From assembly GCF_964355755.1 (NCBI RefSeq), contig NC_092677.1, forward strand, positions 3,928,101 to 3,992,100: a DNA stretch of 64,000 bases. The letters are read 5' to 3'. The notes below the pieces were generated by a model, which worked only from the letters and a program-made list of their open reading frames with translations, searched no databases and was not told where the DNA came from. The stretch comes from Antedon mediterranea. Taxonomy: Eukaryota > Animalia > Echinodermata. The position numbers were made by a program, and so were the translations under genes. Shown here one piece after another: positions 13,741-27,820 of the stretch (within the stretch, counting starts at the first letter, position 1; each line of letters begins with the position of its first letter).

Positions 13741-16700
13741 TATATATATCTTTATATTCGTACCAGCACCTTTTCCAATATGGACAATACTTTAGTTAAT
13801 TCTAAACATATTTGTTAAAGATAATTGCATTACTGTACAAAGCCCTTTGCTGTAATCTCTTTGTCTATCATTTGGCGGTTTCGGTATTATCGACAAATAC
13901 AGTGTCACATATGTATCACATGTGACGTCTGCGATATATTACTTACTTTTGATATAATATACAAACATTTTAATTCCTCAATTTATGCAAAAAAGGTTAT
14001 CGAAATTACTGTATTTCCATATATGAATATTTATATTACCAAATATTTATTCTTTTTTATTAATTATTAGCATTACCGATGTCGCAAAAAAACATGAAAA
14101 ATGAATGTTAATTAAACCAGACTTTGAATAGTTTATTTTGTAGTTTGAATAAAGTTAATCACTTCCGTAAAAAAAAAATAATGTTTTCTCATATAAAATG
14201 ACAAAATAAATTGTCAGATCCAACCGAAAACCTATTATATTTTTCAGGTAAATACATTTTTTTTCGATTAAAGTTTTATTCAAAGTGGTTAACTAAAATT
14301 GTAAAACTTATTTTTTTCAGGGGGACAATACATCTTTAACGCCATTTAGGCCTACATACTAAAATAAAACAATAATTTGTGACTGAGCCAAGACTGGGAT
14401 CAGATGTCAACCACCAAGGTAAAACTGTTGCACCAATATTTCAATTATTGTATTCTTACTAAAAATAGTAACGTTTATCACATATTCCTGAAATCTCATA
14501 CGTAAGGTACATTCACACGACGCCGTTCAATTCTCTATTCATTTTCCATTATTTAACAAAAACGGAAAAGGTGTGAGTAACTTTATAGAGAAGGTATAGA
14601 GATAAAGGGTTATATAGGCCAGGAATGATTTCTAAATGACCCATAGACAGTAACTTGACGTTATAGAGAGAACATAAGATAGTTGATCTCTGGAACAGTA
14701 GATGACAGATAGCTGTGTAAAGCTATTTTGTATTATATAACATCTGTTCACTCTGTCCACTATAATTCCATTTTTATTTCATTTTCTTTTCACTTTCATG
14801 TCTTACAGTTATAATTATACTTAGTTCTGACTGTTTTACTTTATCGTTTTGATTTAGCTTTTCGATTTTTTTTTATCTCCATTGAGATCCAGCCACTGAT
14901 ACCCTCAGTATTGTCCTTTTTCAGTATTTTGCCTTTGGATTAATTAATTAATTCATTCATTCATCTTTTATTTCGGAAAAAAATAATTCTCCATAGCTCA
15001 AGAACAAATATACTAATTAGGTTAAATTATTCATAATAATAACAATAGTATTGTCGTATGCTAAACACGTATATGAATTAAGAAAACAATATATTAATGT
15101 CACTAAGTTAAAGATACACATATTAATCTATGGAATAAAATAGGTTAATTCCTTCGTTTTTTTCCGAGTAGAATACAGAATACTATGAGAATAATATTAT
15201 CAAGTTATCGGCTTGATTACTTTGTTTACCGTCATTATTTCACATTCATCCTAATAAATTGCTGTCTGGCTAGTAGTGTGCTGTCGAATCGCGTCCCGAC
15301 AGATAATGACAGATAACTTTGTATTTGTATCTATTTTACGTCAGTAGATCAGATACATGCTACATATAGTAATAGGGCAGTTGAAATCCACTGAATGTGT
15401 TGGTGTAATTTCCCTAGTTCGTTTCCCGTGTAAACAGAGGCAGGTTTCTCAAATGAGCGGGTTTCTGCTAATAAGTCACCAATAATAACAAGTAGTCAGT
15501 AAGTTTCACGAACAAACACAACTTACGCGTTCGAGTATACAAACATCCAGCTACATGATTCACGTGTACCACCAACATTATAGGTGATCATTTTATTGTT
15601 ATTACATTTTTATATTGTAGGCCTAATAGATACGTTTACATAATACATAATGAACTTTTAAATAAGTATTTGTACGTAATTAAATGTATTGTACAGCGTA
15701 ATACACGCCGTTATCTTCTACGTAAAACATTTTAAAATAGACACCGTTCTTACCTTATTAACGCTTCGTTTTATTTTGAATCCGGAGACTTATTTCGAAC
15801 GTTGTGTTACATACGCCGTATATACGGTTTATAATGTCTTGAAAAGATTGTTACATACGTTATACACAGCATGAAACGTCACTCGCGCATCTATAACGAT
15901 TGTCACATACGTTAAGAACAGCATCAAATGTCACTCTATCTACAATGTCTTTATATTTCCATTAAAATGAATCTATATTTTGCCGTGTATCGTTTGTGCC
16001 ATTTTCACTGATGATGAAACGACGATCACACTGCCAGTGCGTCGAATAAACAGACCATGTGATTGGTCATCCATAAAAAAAAGGGGCGTGGTTAACACAG
16101 TATATAATAACGAGCGGTTGACATTCATTTCAGTAGAAAATAGTGTCGCATTCGCGAGTAAGCGACACGCCGGATACAATGTACTTGTTTCTAAAGCTTG
16201 GTTCGCACATTGCCGCAACAAAGTGGAACAATACAAGACACATTGCGTCTTGATTGGTATACTTGCGGCGCGTATACCTTCTTGCGTTGCGTTTACGTGA
16301 GAACCAAGATATGATAATCACACTACGGAACACACAAGTCAAGAACCAACTTAAATTATTTTCCAAAATATATATAATACTACCCTTATTTTTTACCATC
16401 TAAAGGAACAAGACTTGCATTAGTACGGGGCGCCGTACAAATGTGCGTACTGAAAAGTCAAAACATAAAGGTTCGAAGAGGACATTGTAGGAAATCTCGA
16501 CATTCCGGTAGGTAGGTGCGGACGTGATCGGTCAGTTAGGCCTACCGCAGGTTTCGCTGAAATTAGAGAAATGAAACTAAAAATTGACAAAACTCCACCA
16601 ACCTGCTTAGTGGTGACGTTTCTGATGATAATTTATAGCTATTATAAGAGTTATAGCCTATAAGCGAGGGGAATTAGACTGGAAGGGTCATTGAACTAAT

Positions 16701-17116
16701 ACAGGACATAATATTCTTATTACGGTAGAATAGTGTTTCATACTACAAAACTGTAATTCCCGCGAATAGTAGAAAGCGTTGTACAGTATAGGCCTGCTCT
16801 TCAGCTAAAAGTGTTTCATGCGGTAAAATTCTAACTTATTCATGCGAATAGTAGAAAGCGTGCGTTGCAAACATTCACGTAGGTCTGTTTTCCTCCTGTG
16901 TTCGCGCGAATCGAACATTCGGTGAAGCTGATTGGTTGCTCATAAAGAGTAGATGGAAATTTGAATACGCATGCGCATAAATAAAGGAGGGGTGAATTTC
17001 TTGCATGAACCAATGCTTTTGCTTCTTCGCGCAAATAAATTCACTAAAATGAAAACATTTATGTTGAGACTAATATTAAAATGAAAGAGTACGAAGCCTA
17101 CAGCTACCGGTAAGTA

Positions 17117-17352
17117 TGGAACGCCAGGGCGGACATAATTGTGTTAAATTGACATCGCTTGTGTTATGCTGACATCGCTCGTGTTGAGTTTAAAAATCGC
17201 TTGTGTTAAGTTTACAAATCGCTCGTGTTTAGTTTACACATCGCTCGTGTTGAGTTTTAACACGAGCGATGTGTAAACTCAACAGGAGCGATGTCAATAT
17301 AATAACAAGAGCGATGTCAACTTAACATAGTTATGTCCGTCCTGGCGTGCCA
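17117..17352. mobile_element. Foldback MITE, TA-flanked, with ~22-bp internal repeats
   Basis: tggaacgccagggcggacataa / ttatgtccgtcctggcgtgcca termini; atcgctcgtgtt repeats invert at about 17258. Confidence 0.75.
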
Positions 17353-18417
17353 TATTCAAGTCTCTATCTACGAATAACTCTTTATAGATGATGATGATGA
17401 TAATAAGTTCAAGTCGTACGCGCTAACTTTTCGTTTTTTCTGGTTCTTATTGACGTCAAGAATATACAATGTTTTATTGCCACTTAGTGTGTGGTGAACG
17501 CCTGGGACCATTTTGGACAGAAGAGAAAGATATTGCTTATCATATATCACGGGACCATACTTACATCACAGAAGTAGAATGCATAAATCACAATACACAA
17601 CCCCTTGAAAATATTATAAATTCCATGAAACGATATCATTCATATCGTAAACAATATTATTATATAAGTAATATTTTATGAGAAACAAATAAATAACAAT
17701 TATTATTGGTCAGTAGTAGCGCAGAAAAACGGTTCGACCAATCGAGTAGTTTTTTATCCGGTTATCAAATCTTTGTTAGTTAATGTTTGCTGCCTTTTTT
17801 GTCTATTTCACTAGCTTTGATGTACAATCAATCGCATGCGTACAATGAATAAACACGACGTCACAGAGTTTCAGTCTGTACTATAAACCGATTGGTAAAA
17901 ATAAAAAAATTAAAATATATGCCTTTCCTTACAATTTTTTTAATGCGCACTCATGTTCATTGATTACGTCATAAATAGGATGTGGAACTTAAAGATCAGG
18001 GGATTCTTTCTTTGTTTGGATGTAAATACTATACTATTTATAGGTATATAAAAAGAGTGAATGAACTGAAATATATAGGCCTACCCAAGATAACCTATAC
18101 CTGGTCGCAGACACATTCTGGGGGCTAGCGTGTTCTTACTTTTTGCGCCAGTAGTGTTGGTTGAATTGTGTCTTATAATGGATGATAATACGTCATTGGT
18201 GACGTCAAGTATCGAATGTAAAATCAAAGTATAATTGAAAAGGTTAGGCTTATTGAAAACCAAAACATTAATTTGTTTCTGACTTAATTGGTTTTGAGAA
18301 TGAACGAACATTTAGCGACTTTACAGGCTGATTTCATTTGTGGTTTACACCATCTATTAACGTTAGAGATGAAAAAAAGTAACTTTAACACGTATCCAAT
18401 ACACGTATATATCATAA

Positions 18418-18690
18418 AGCTCGGTTTCCACTAAGGCGTGGTTCCCACTAGCGACGCAACGCAAGTGAATTGACCAATCACAAGCGATGGCTTATTCGGT
18501 TGCGATTGCTAACTGTCTATAACTTCGCCTGTCATTGGTTGAAACGCTTGCGTTGCGTTCTAGTGGGAACCAGGCTTAAGACGCAACGCAAGGACGTAAC
18601 GAAACGTAAGTGAGTTGACCAATCACAAGTAATAAAGTATTCGAACTGTCGCTTGTCAACTTGCTTTCGTTGCGTCTACATCCTTGCTTG
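18418..18690. mobile_element. Nested pair of Tourist/Harbinger-like MITEs (tggttcccactag / cgcaacgca family)
   Basis: Inner copy 18435-18576 flanked by TAA/TAA sits in the left TIR of an outer copy; other family fragments at about 5040-5165, 8940-9100, 16190-16290, 39577-40088 and 44248-44310. Confidence 0.75.
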
Positions 18691-18699
18691 TGAACGCTT

Positions 18700-19330
18700 T
18701 TGTGACGTAGTGTTTACGAACGTGAAGTGTACAGGAATGGTACGTAGTGTGCATAATATTGACGCAGTGTTCACTACGGTGACGTGTAGTGTTCACTACC
18801 GTCGGTGACGTGTAATGTTCATTACCGTCGGTGACGTGTAATGTCCACGAAGGCGACGCGTAGTGTTAAAATAGTAACGGTGAAGTGAAAGTTACGAGGT
18901 GATCACGAAGGTATCGTAGTGTTCATGAAGGTGTCGTAGTGTTCATGAAGGTATCGTAGTGTTCACGAAGGTATCTTACTGTTTACGAAGGTATCGTAGT
19001 GTTCACGAAGGTGTAGTAGTGTTCAAGAAGGTATCGTACTGTTTACGAAGATATCGTAGTGTTTACGAAGGTGTAGTAGTGTTCAAGAAGGTGACGCGTA
19101 ATGTTTACGAAGGTGTCGTAGTCTTTACGAAGGTGTCGTGTAGTGTTCAAGAAGGTGACGCGTAGTGTTAAGAAAGTAACGGTGAAGGTATTCACGAAGG
19201 TGTAGTAGTGTTCACGAAGGTGATGTAGTGTTTACGACGGTATCGTAGTGTTTACAAAGGCGTCGTAGTGTTCACTAAGGTGTCGTAGTGTTCACGACGG
19301 TGTCGTAGTTTTTACGAAGGTGTCGTGAAT
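18700..19330. repeat. 20-bp minisatellite (cacgaaggtgtcgtagtgtt)n
   Basis: 20-bp period directly visible, best conserved at 18900-19330. Confidence 0.9.
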
Positions 19331-22300
19331 GTCACATATCGTGTCATGAAGCATTTTTGTTTACGTTAGGAGTTCGTTTATACACGATTTCAGATGTTTT
19401 TATAATACACTATGTGTGTTTAGTTGCTGTGTTCATAAACGACGTGCGTTGCACTGTTTCTATGTAGGTTTGCGACGAGGTTTATTGATCAAAGTTTACT
19501 AAACGCAATGTGTAAATTAACTTTAAATGACTGTTTTAGTAAGGAGACAATTTTCTTTATGTCTACACATATCTTCAGACAAATACTGATTTCTATTCAT
19601 CACAATTGTACTCTTTAGTTGCCTCATAACCTGCTAGGTGTAATTAGTTAGAAATTGAATGAACTTTAAATAAGGCCTATTAATTACAATGAATTGATTA
19701 CACCAAGATATCCCCGGTTTACGGCCGCCAACGAAATCGGCGGCACGACGTTTTTTTTAGAAGGTTCAATTTTATTTCTGAATGTACTTTTACCTTACTG
19801 TAGCTTGGAAGTAGGTTGATTATTTGGGTTTAATCGATGGCGTTATTCAGTATTACCTTCTATAGACAAGTATATCAATTATCAAAATTAATATTTCTAA
19901 TGTATTTTTCAATTATATCCCAATATGTCTGTAATTTCGATGATGACGTAATCCAGTATTACTTTTATAGTACAGTATCAATTATTAAAATCCATGTTTT
20001 TCGTTTTTCGTTTGTGTACTTTTCGATTATATTATTCCATCTGTAATTTTTACCAATTGTTTTTAATTCAATAACGAAAAGACGATTTCTCATAAGATAG
20101 ATTATGTTAATTAACGTATGCCGTATGACATCCTAAAATAAGGTTGATTGATATGCAGATCGCATACCATTAAATATATTTTCAATAAATATTAATATTT
20201 TAATCAATAATAGCGAAGCTGAAGGACGTAAAACAACAAAATGATGTTTATAAAAGAACACATGCATGGGCAAGATGAATAAAGTAAACACAAACAACGA
20301 GGCTAGTATCTGGGGTCAATGTTACCTCTTTTTAAATGAAGAATTGTATTATTTAAACAGAAAGAAACGTATTTCCTATTATTCGTTTCAAAGGAAAGTG
20401 TCCTCCGAATATGGTGTTCCAAAGGTACGGGGCGCCGTTCGGGACATTGCTAATTTTGTCGAAAGGAACTATGTAATTACAGACGCCCATTCTTCGTTTT
20501 GTTGACAAAACAAACAATAACCAACAAAATGTTAAACTCCAACCAATTGCCAATTTAATTCTTCCTTGAATTTTACATCTGCCATTTTAAGAGACAGTTC
20601 CATCTATACGTTCATCCACAGAGACTTATTATTCCTCGAAAGGACGCGCCGCGGTTAAAATGTTGATTTGATTTGTCACATAAGTGAACCTTCTTTAATA
20701 GGACTTTTGTGAGTGAGAATCACACGATTTTCTTTTACGGTATTAGATCATAATGATGATGAATAGTATAACGCATCAACCAAATTTACATAAAAAAATG
20801 CGTATGTATTCGCATTTAAATGAAGCTTGTTAACTTGTATACTTAAGTTGTTATTAAGTTAAATTTTATAGGTACGTACGTAGATGCATTATTCATCACG
20901 TCTGTGAGTTGGCGCTTGTAATGTGCGATGCATGAGTGTTGAAATGTTTTTGTAATAGTTGTTTGACGAATTTTTTATAATGTGTTTTACTTTGAAAATC
21001 GTGGGCATTTAATGCTTCATTAGTGGGTATTAAGATTTTCCTTTATTTAATTACCTCTTTTTTGTGTGTGCAAAATACCGTATTTTCTCAACCGATGAGG
21101 AACCATTGAGGTATTTAGGAATCAGTCCCCCAGGAAGTGGTCTGAAAGTCTTATATGCTATCAAAAAAAGAATACGTATAGGCTATACTTATTATGTCAG
21201 GAAATTTATTACGGTATCGCCTTCCCTTTGTAGTAGTAGTAGTCATTTTATGTGGGATTGACATATGGTAACATATGAATTAGGAGGCCTAGTTTCAATA
21301 CTAATTTGATCACCGTAACTTTGAATTATTCTATACATTATGACATGTAGGCCCAAAACAGATACATGTCATTATTATTGATGACTGTGTGGTCATTAAC
21401 GTAGGCCTAGCATTATGGTGTTATTTTATACATTACGACAGGATAAGTGGTCATAAAACGCATTCCAGTCTATTTTTTTGCTAACAGTTACGAGCATGAT
21501 CCTTATAATTAGGTCTGTTTGAGGATGCTTATGTAAAGAATACAGTTTAGTAATGCGTTTTAGTAGGCCTAACCATCAATACAAGTAGCTCTGTCATGTC
21601 CCCCCACAAAGATTGTGGGGTGGTTTTAATTTAATTTTTAATTTGTTGACACTGACACCCTTTTAAAGATGTATTATCCCCCTAAAAAATATTCCATTTT
21701 AATGTCACATTATAGTTATCCACTTTGAAGAAAAATGTAAAGCAAAAAGTAGTCCAATTGGTTTTTGGTTAAATTGGAACATTTTTATCGTTTCGTATCC
21801 AAAGTAGGCCTATTCAAAGTTTGATTTAATTATACTTCATTTGGGGAGGGGGGGGGGGACAATACATCTATAATACAAGATTCAAATAGCATTCTTATCA
21901 TGAATATAGATAGTACAACTTATTAAACAATTATACTATCAATGTGTTTACTCCATTTTTATAGCTTTTCACGCTGCTGCTCTAGCCCGCTACGTCACAC
22001 GAGATGACTCATTCATTAGATGAAATCAAGCAGCTTTATAGTACTACACTTTGACATTTTTGTTAAAATGGAAACTCCACTATAATTTATTGGTACCAAC
22101 TGTTGAATCCAAAAACGGCTGAGAAAAGAGTCTAACGACAAATCCCAAAGCATTCTGGTACTGTATTTATGAGTCCCATGATATAATTCGCTGTCAGATA
22201 ATCATTGAATTATTATCAAAACAGTCCATTGAAGTTTTTGTTTGTAATAGGATACTTGAAGTATCTAGGCGTGATGAAGTGACCCCCAGACTTGACCTTA

Positions 22301-22909
22301 GCAATAACAATAAGCGAGCAGCGTTTTTTGTAAGAAATATTCTTGTTTATTATGCAGCATACATTGAAATAAACGCCGCATTTGAAGTGTGTACGGTATA
22401 AAACGTTGCTAAAACCGAGTGGTGCTACGATACAGTAGATATTTACAAAGTTTATGTCAAGTGCGACATGAAGAGTTGATATTCAATTTAGTAATTAACT
22501 GAACTCTATAATAGTATTGAATTATTAAAACAGCAAAAGTTGGCGACTGTGATCGTAAAAATCTTCTTTATTGTTCTGTAATAAATGCCATAATATTGCC
22601 GTATTTATTACATATAGATATACGATTCCATCGTCTCTATGATGCACGTAATGTATTTGATATAGATACATTTGGTCTCATATTGCTTTGGTATTATTTG
22701 AAAATTTCCCTCATGAGAGATGCTCCTAAATTCAAATTTGGTAAGAAATTCGACGTTAGGAAACCGTTCCGGTGGATACAAGTGATCGGGGGAAGCGAAC
22801 TTTTCACGTGCCTGGCATGCCTACTTAATCTCGCGTCGTAAACTCAACAACATGAACATGATAGAAGCGTTATAAAAATAAAGACTACAATAAACATTGT
22901 ACAAACATT

Positions 22910-23165
22910 CTTAACGCGCGCCTAAGATTTTATCAACATTTCAACGCGCGCGCCTACAAACACCGTAATGTTATCAACGTTCCAATGCGCGCGCGAAATA
23001 CCTAACGTTATTATAAATGCTTCTACATGCACGCCTACAAAAGAAGCCGTAACATAATATATCAATGTTTCAACGCGCGCGCCTACAAAAGCCGTAACAT
23101 CAACTTTTCAACGCGTGGAAAGCCGTAACATTGTTATAAATGTTTTAACGCGCGCGCGTAAAATG
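22910..23165. repeat. Degenerate ~45-bp tandem repeat with a (cg)n core
   Basis: aacgcgcgcgcctac / gccgtaacat motifs recur about 6 times. Confidence 0.7.
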
Positions 23166-23209
23166 TGTATTTATCTTCGTTCTGTCACTGAATATTTTTT
23201 TAAGCTTAA

Positions 23210-23521
23210 AGATGTATTGTCCCCCAAAAACATGAAAAATGAAGATTAATTAAATAAGACCTTTAATAGGTTATTTTGTACATTTAATAAAGTTAATCAC
23301 CTCAGTCACTTACAAAATGACAAAATAAATGGTTAAATACAACCAAAAATCCATTGGCTGGCAGCCAATTTGACTATTTTTGCTTTAAATTACACTTTTT
23401 TCAGATAAATAATTTTTTTTTCGATCCAATTTTTGGTCAAAATGGATAATTATTATATGACATTAAAATGGCATATTCAACCAAAAATGTTGAAGAAAAT
23501 ATATTTTGAGGCAATACATCT
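23210..23521. mobile_element. TTAA-flanked Kolobok-like MITE; related copies at about 14078-14335 and 21667-21869
   Basis: TTAA-agatgtattg ... caatacatct-TTAA; AG...CT termini with a TTAA TSD fit Kolobok. Confidence 0.7.
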
Positions 23522-24511
23522 TTAAAACAAATAGGCGTCTATAATTAAATCAACGGAACTTACGTATCTAATTATAGTCTTCTAAATTAAATTTACCATT
23601 ATTATTGAACAAATGTAATTTATACATAACTGTTATGTGTTTTTTGAATTTAGATAATGCAATTGTTCATTTAGAGTAATGAATTTGGACAAATATGACG
23701 TCGTTTATTTTAATGTTCTGCTATAACTACACAATAAAAATCCAGTGATAAATCAAAGTGAATTTGATGGGCACTTTAAATTATAGTTTCTGAAAATAAT
23801 TAAATTGGAGATACGAACACTAATTTTAGGAACCATTGAACAGTATGTTCTATAGCATTATCAACCTATAGCTGACGGGTATACCGAACCAATGCGAAAT
23901 TTACATACGACCTCTTTCACCGTTAGCCGATATTTTGCTTTCTTCGAGAAGGCCTAGAGTTGATTCATCTTAGTAAAATCCGAGATTTTATTCATAGGCC
24001 CCGTTTCTGCTGCCAAAAATATACCGTATATATACGGTATATTTTATATACGGTATATTTTTTGGCAGCAGAAATGGGTCTCATAAAAAATATACCGTAT
24101 ATATATGCGGTATATATACCGCATAAATATCCCCATCGTTTGTGGATATTATACGGTATATTCCAAAATATACCGTATATTTCGTACCCCGTTTCTGCTG
24201 CACTCAAAATATACCGTATATGTGACCCGGTGTAAGATTGAAATGTGTCCATCATTCAAAAGTGTCCGGGTGGACACTTTTCAGCATTGGATAGTGTCCA
24301 ATTGCATGTTTCAACGGGTTCGCGGGCGTTTTCCAACAATTTAATGCTGTCCGGCGCGTTTAATAATGTCTGACCCTTGGATTGAATACCGTCCGTGGTT
24401 GAGATTTGAGATTCAGGTTTTGATCGTGATTGCGCATGCACTTGTCTTTTTTTAACGACCACTATTTGTTAATAATGCCAAACTAGTTTTTATTTTTCAA
24501 AGATAACTTGG

Positions 24512-26597
24512 CTTAAAACACCTCCAATTAGCGACCATTATATTATTTGGTATGAATAAAGACAAGAAGAATAAATAACAATATAATAATAATCATGTAA
24601 TAAAAACAAGTAATTATACTGGTCCTCTTCCAATTAAAGAACACTTTAGTTTAGACACTTCCAATTAGCGACCATTTTTATTGTTTTGTATGAGTAAAGA
24701 CAAGAGTAATAATAGTTTTTAATCATGTGACAAAAAACAAGTAATTGTACTGGTCCTCTTCCAATTAAAGATCACTTAAAATTAAACACTTCCAATTAGC
24801 GACCGTTTTATTATTTTGTATGAGTAAAGACAAGAATAATAAATAGTTTATAATCATGTGATAAAAAACAAGTAATTGTACTGGTCCTCTTCCAATTAAA
24901 GATCACTTAAATTTAAACACTTCCAATTAGCGACCGTTATTATTGTTTTGTATGAATAGAAACAAGAAGAATAAATAGATTTTAATCATGTGATAAAAAA
25001 CAAGTAATTGTACTGGTCCTCTTCCAATTAAAGATCACTTTACTTTAAGACACTTCCAATTAGCGACCGTTATATTATTTTGTATGAGTACAGACAAGAA
25101 GAATAAATAGATTTTAATCATGTGATAAAAAACAAGTAATTGTACTGGTCCTCTTCCAATGAAAGATCACTTTACTTTAAGACACTTCCAATTAGCGACC
25201 GTTATATTATTTTTTATGAATAAAAACAAGAAGCATAAATAGTTTATAATCATGTGATATAAAATAAGTAATTGTACTGGTCCTCTTCCAATTAAAGGTC
25301 ACTTTACTGTAAGACACCTCCAATTAGCGACCGTTATATTATTTTGTATGAGTACAGACAATTAGAAGAATAAATAGATTTTAATCATGTGATAAAAAAC
25401 AAGTAATTGTACTGGTCCTCTTCCAATGAAAGATCACTTTACTTTAAGACACTTCCATTTAGCGACCGTTATATTATTTTGTATGAGTACAGACAAGAAG
25501 AATAAATAGATTTTAATCATGTGATAAAAAACAAGTAATTGTACTGGTCCTCTTCCAATTAAAGATCACTTTACTTTAAGACACTTCCAATTAGCGACCG
25601 TTATATTATTTTGTATGAGTACAGACAAGAAGAATAAATAGATTTTAATCATGTGATAAAAAATAAGTAATTGTACTGGTCCTCTTCCAATTAAAGGTCA
25701 CTTTACTGTAAGACACTTCCATTTAGCGACCGTTATATTATTTTGTATGAGTACAGACAAGAAGAATAAATAGATTTTATTCATGTGATAAAAAACAAGT
25801 AATTGTACTGGTCCTCTTCCAATGAAAGATCACTTTACTTTAAAACACTTCCAATTAGCGACCGTTATATTATTTTTTATGAATAAAAACAAGAAGCATA
25901 AATAGTTTATAATCATGTGATATAAAATAAGTAATTGTACTGGTCCTCTTCCAATTAAAGGTCACTTTACTGTAAGACACCTCCAATTAGCGACCGTTAT
26001 ATTATTTTGTATGAGTACAGACAATTAGAAGAATAAATAGATTTTAATCATGTGATAAAAAACAAGTAATTGTACTGGTCCTCTTCCAATGAAAGATCAC
26101 TTTACTTTAAGACACTTCCATTTAGCGACCGTTATATTATTTTGTATGAGTACAGACAAGAAGAATAAATAGATTTTAATCATGTGATAAAAAACAAGTA
26201 ATTGTACTGGTCCTCTTCCAATTAAAGATCACTTTACTTTAAGACACTTCCAATTAGCGACCGTTATATTATTTTGTATGAGTACAGACAAGAAGAATAA
26301 ATAGATTTTAATCATGTGATAAAAAATAAGTAATTGTACTGGTCCTTTTCCAATTAAAGGTCACTTTACTTTAAGACACTTCCATTTAGCGACCGTTATA
26401 TTATTTTGTATGAATAAAGACAAGAAGAATAAATACTAGTTAAGACAAGAAGAATAAATAGTTTATAATCATGTGATAAAAAACAAGTAATTGTACGGGT
26501 CCTCTTCCAATTATAGATCACTTTAGTTTAAACACTTCCAATTAGCGACCGTTATATTATTTTGTACGAGTAAAGACAAGAAGAATAAATAGTTTAC
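24512..26597. repeat. 132-bp satellite array, about 16 units, inside the Ginger1 element
   Basis: cac(t/c)tcca(a/t)ttagcgacc recurs at about 25051, 25183, 25315, 25450, 25582, 25714, 25846, 25978, 26113, 26245 and 26377. Confidence 0.95.
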
Positions 26598-27445
26598 TTG
26601 TTTAATCCCCAATCAATTAAAAGTTGCACCTTTTTATAATCAACACGATATAGCTGATCTCTTGAAAAAACATAATCAGTTTTACTGAAGTATTATGTTA
26701 ATTGGTACATTGATCGTCACATCGAGAATATGGTAGGGGTGTCACACTATGTGCGTCTAGGGTGAATGCAAAGATAATGACATCGATATAGCGCCACATC
26801 AACACGTTTTTATGCACCTTTGGTGTAAGTATTTATTTTAGTATTTTGTCCTTAAATCAGAATTTATATTCAAAGAAAAAATGACTTGTTATGTAAAAAA
26901 ACAACAATTCGGTATCTGGAATCTTAAAATTAATGTATCTATAAAAATAATTAATATGGGATAGGCCTGAGACCTCATACATTTGTTAATAGGGCTACTT
27001 TATTGAACCTTCATTTTATCGGATGTTATAAGAACGCTTGCTTCAACCGATTCTTTTTTTGAACAGCATTTTGTTTAAAGGCGATTGTGTTATTTTCAAT
27101 GTTTAATAAACTTCTGGAATTTCAGAGAAACCCATTTTAATAAACAAAAGCTTCTTATAAAATGTGCTTACTGGATAATGTTTCATACATGTTTGGCTGG
27201 TTCAAATTTACTTTACTTTTGCTTTTCCGCTACTCCCCTGTTATACTATATATTTGTTGTTATGTAGAAAGATTGAAAATAAATTCATTCATTCATTCTT
27301 CTTTTATTTCGGAAAAAAAAAATTCTCCATAGTTCAGTAACAAGTGTACATTATTGTAAATATAACAAATACATATACATATATATATATATATATATAA
27401 TATATATGTATTTGTTATATTTACAATAATGTACACTTGTTACTG

Positions 27446-27480
<35 letters not shown>

Positions 27481-27554
27481 TGTGTTCCAACCGTACCACG
27501 CCGAGAATGTTAAAGGGTCGTTATCCGGTCGAGTTAAAGAACAATACCATGAAA

Positions 27555-27626
27555 GCCCCAGTGGTCTAATGGTTAGGGCAACTGCATATCAAGCCGACGG
27601 TCCGAGTTCGAGCCTCGGTTGGGGCG
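27555..27626 (+). tRNA. tRNA-like sequence (pseudo), disrupted anticodon stem
   Basis: A box tggtctaatgg, B box agttcgagcc, acceptor stem gccccag/ttggggc; mismatches in the anticodon arm. Confidence 0.5.
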
Positions 27627-27820
27627 ACTTTTTCTCATTCTCTCAGATTTCCTCATCTTTATCGTTTCAAAAATTAATTAAATCATTTTCAGTGTATCAC
27701 CGGGCGGTTTGGAATTTATTTCTATGCCTGTTGTGTTTACAACTGAGGACTAGTGCTGTTCCGCCGTACCACGCCGAGAATGTTAAAGAGTCGCTATCCA
27801 ATCGAGTTCGAACCGTGAAA

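Noticed and set aside
18959-19165. Repetitive 68-aa ORF
   Set aside because: Translation of the 20-bp minisatellite.
24512-26597. CRISPR-like array
   Set aside because: Units repeat in full with no unique spacers, the context is eukaryotic, and there are no cas genes.
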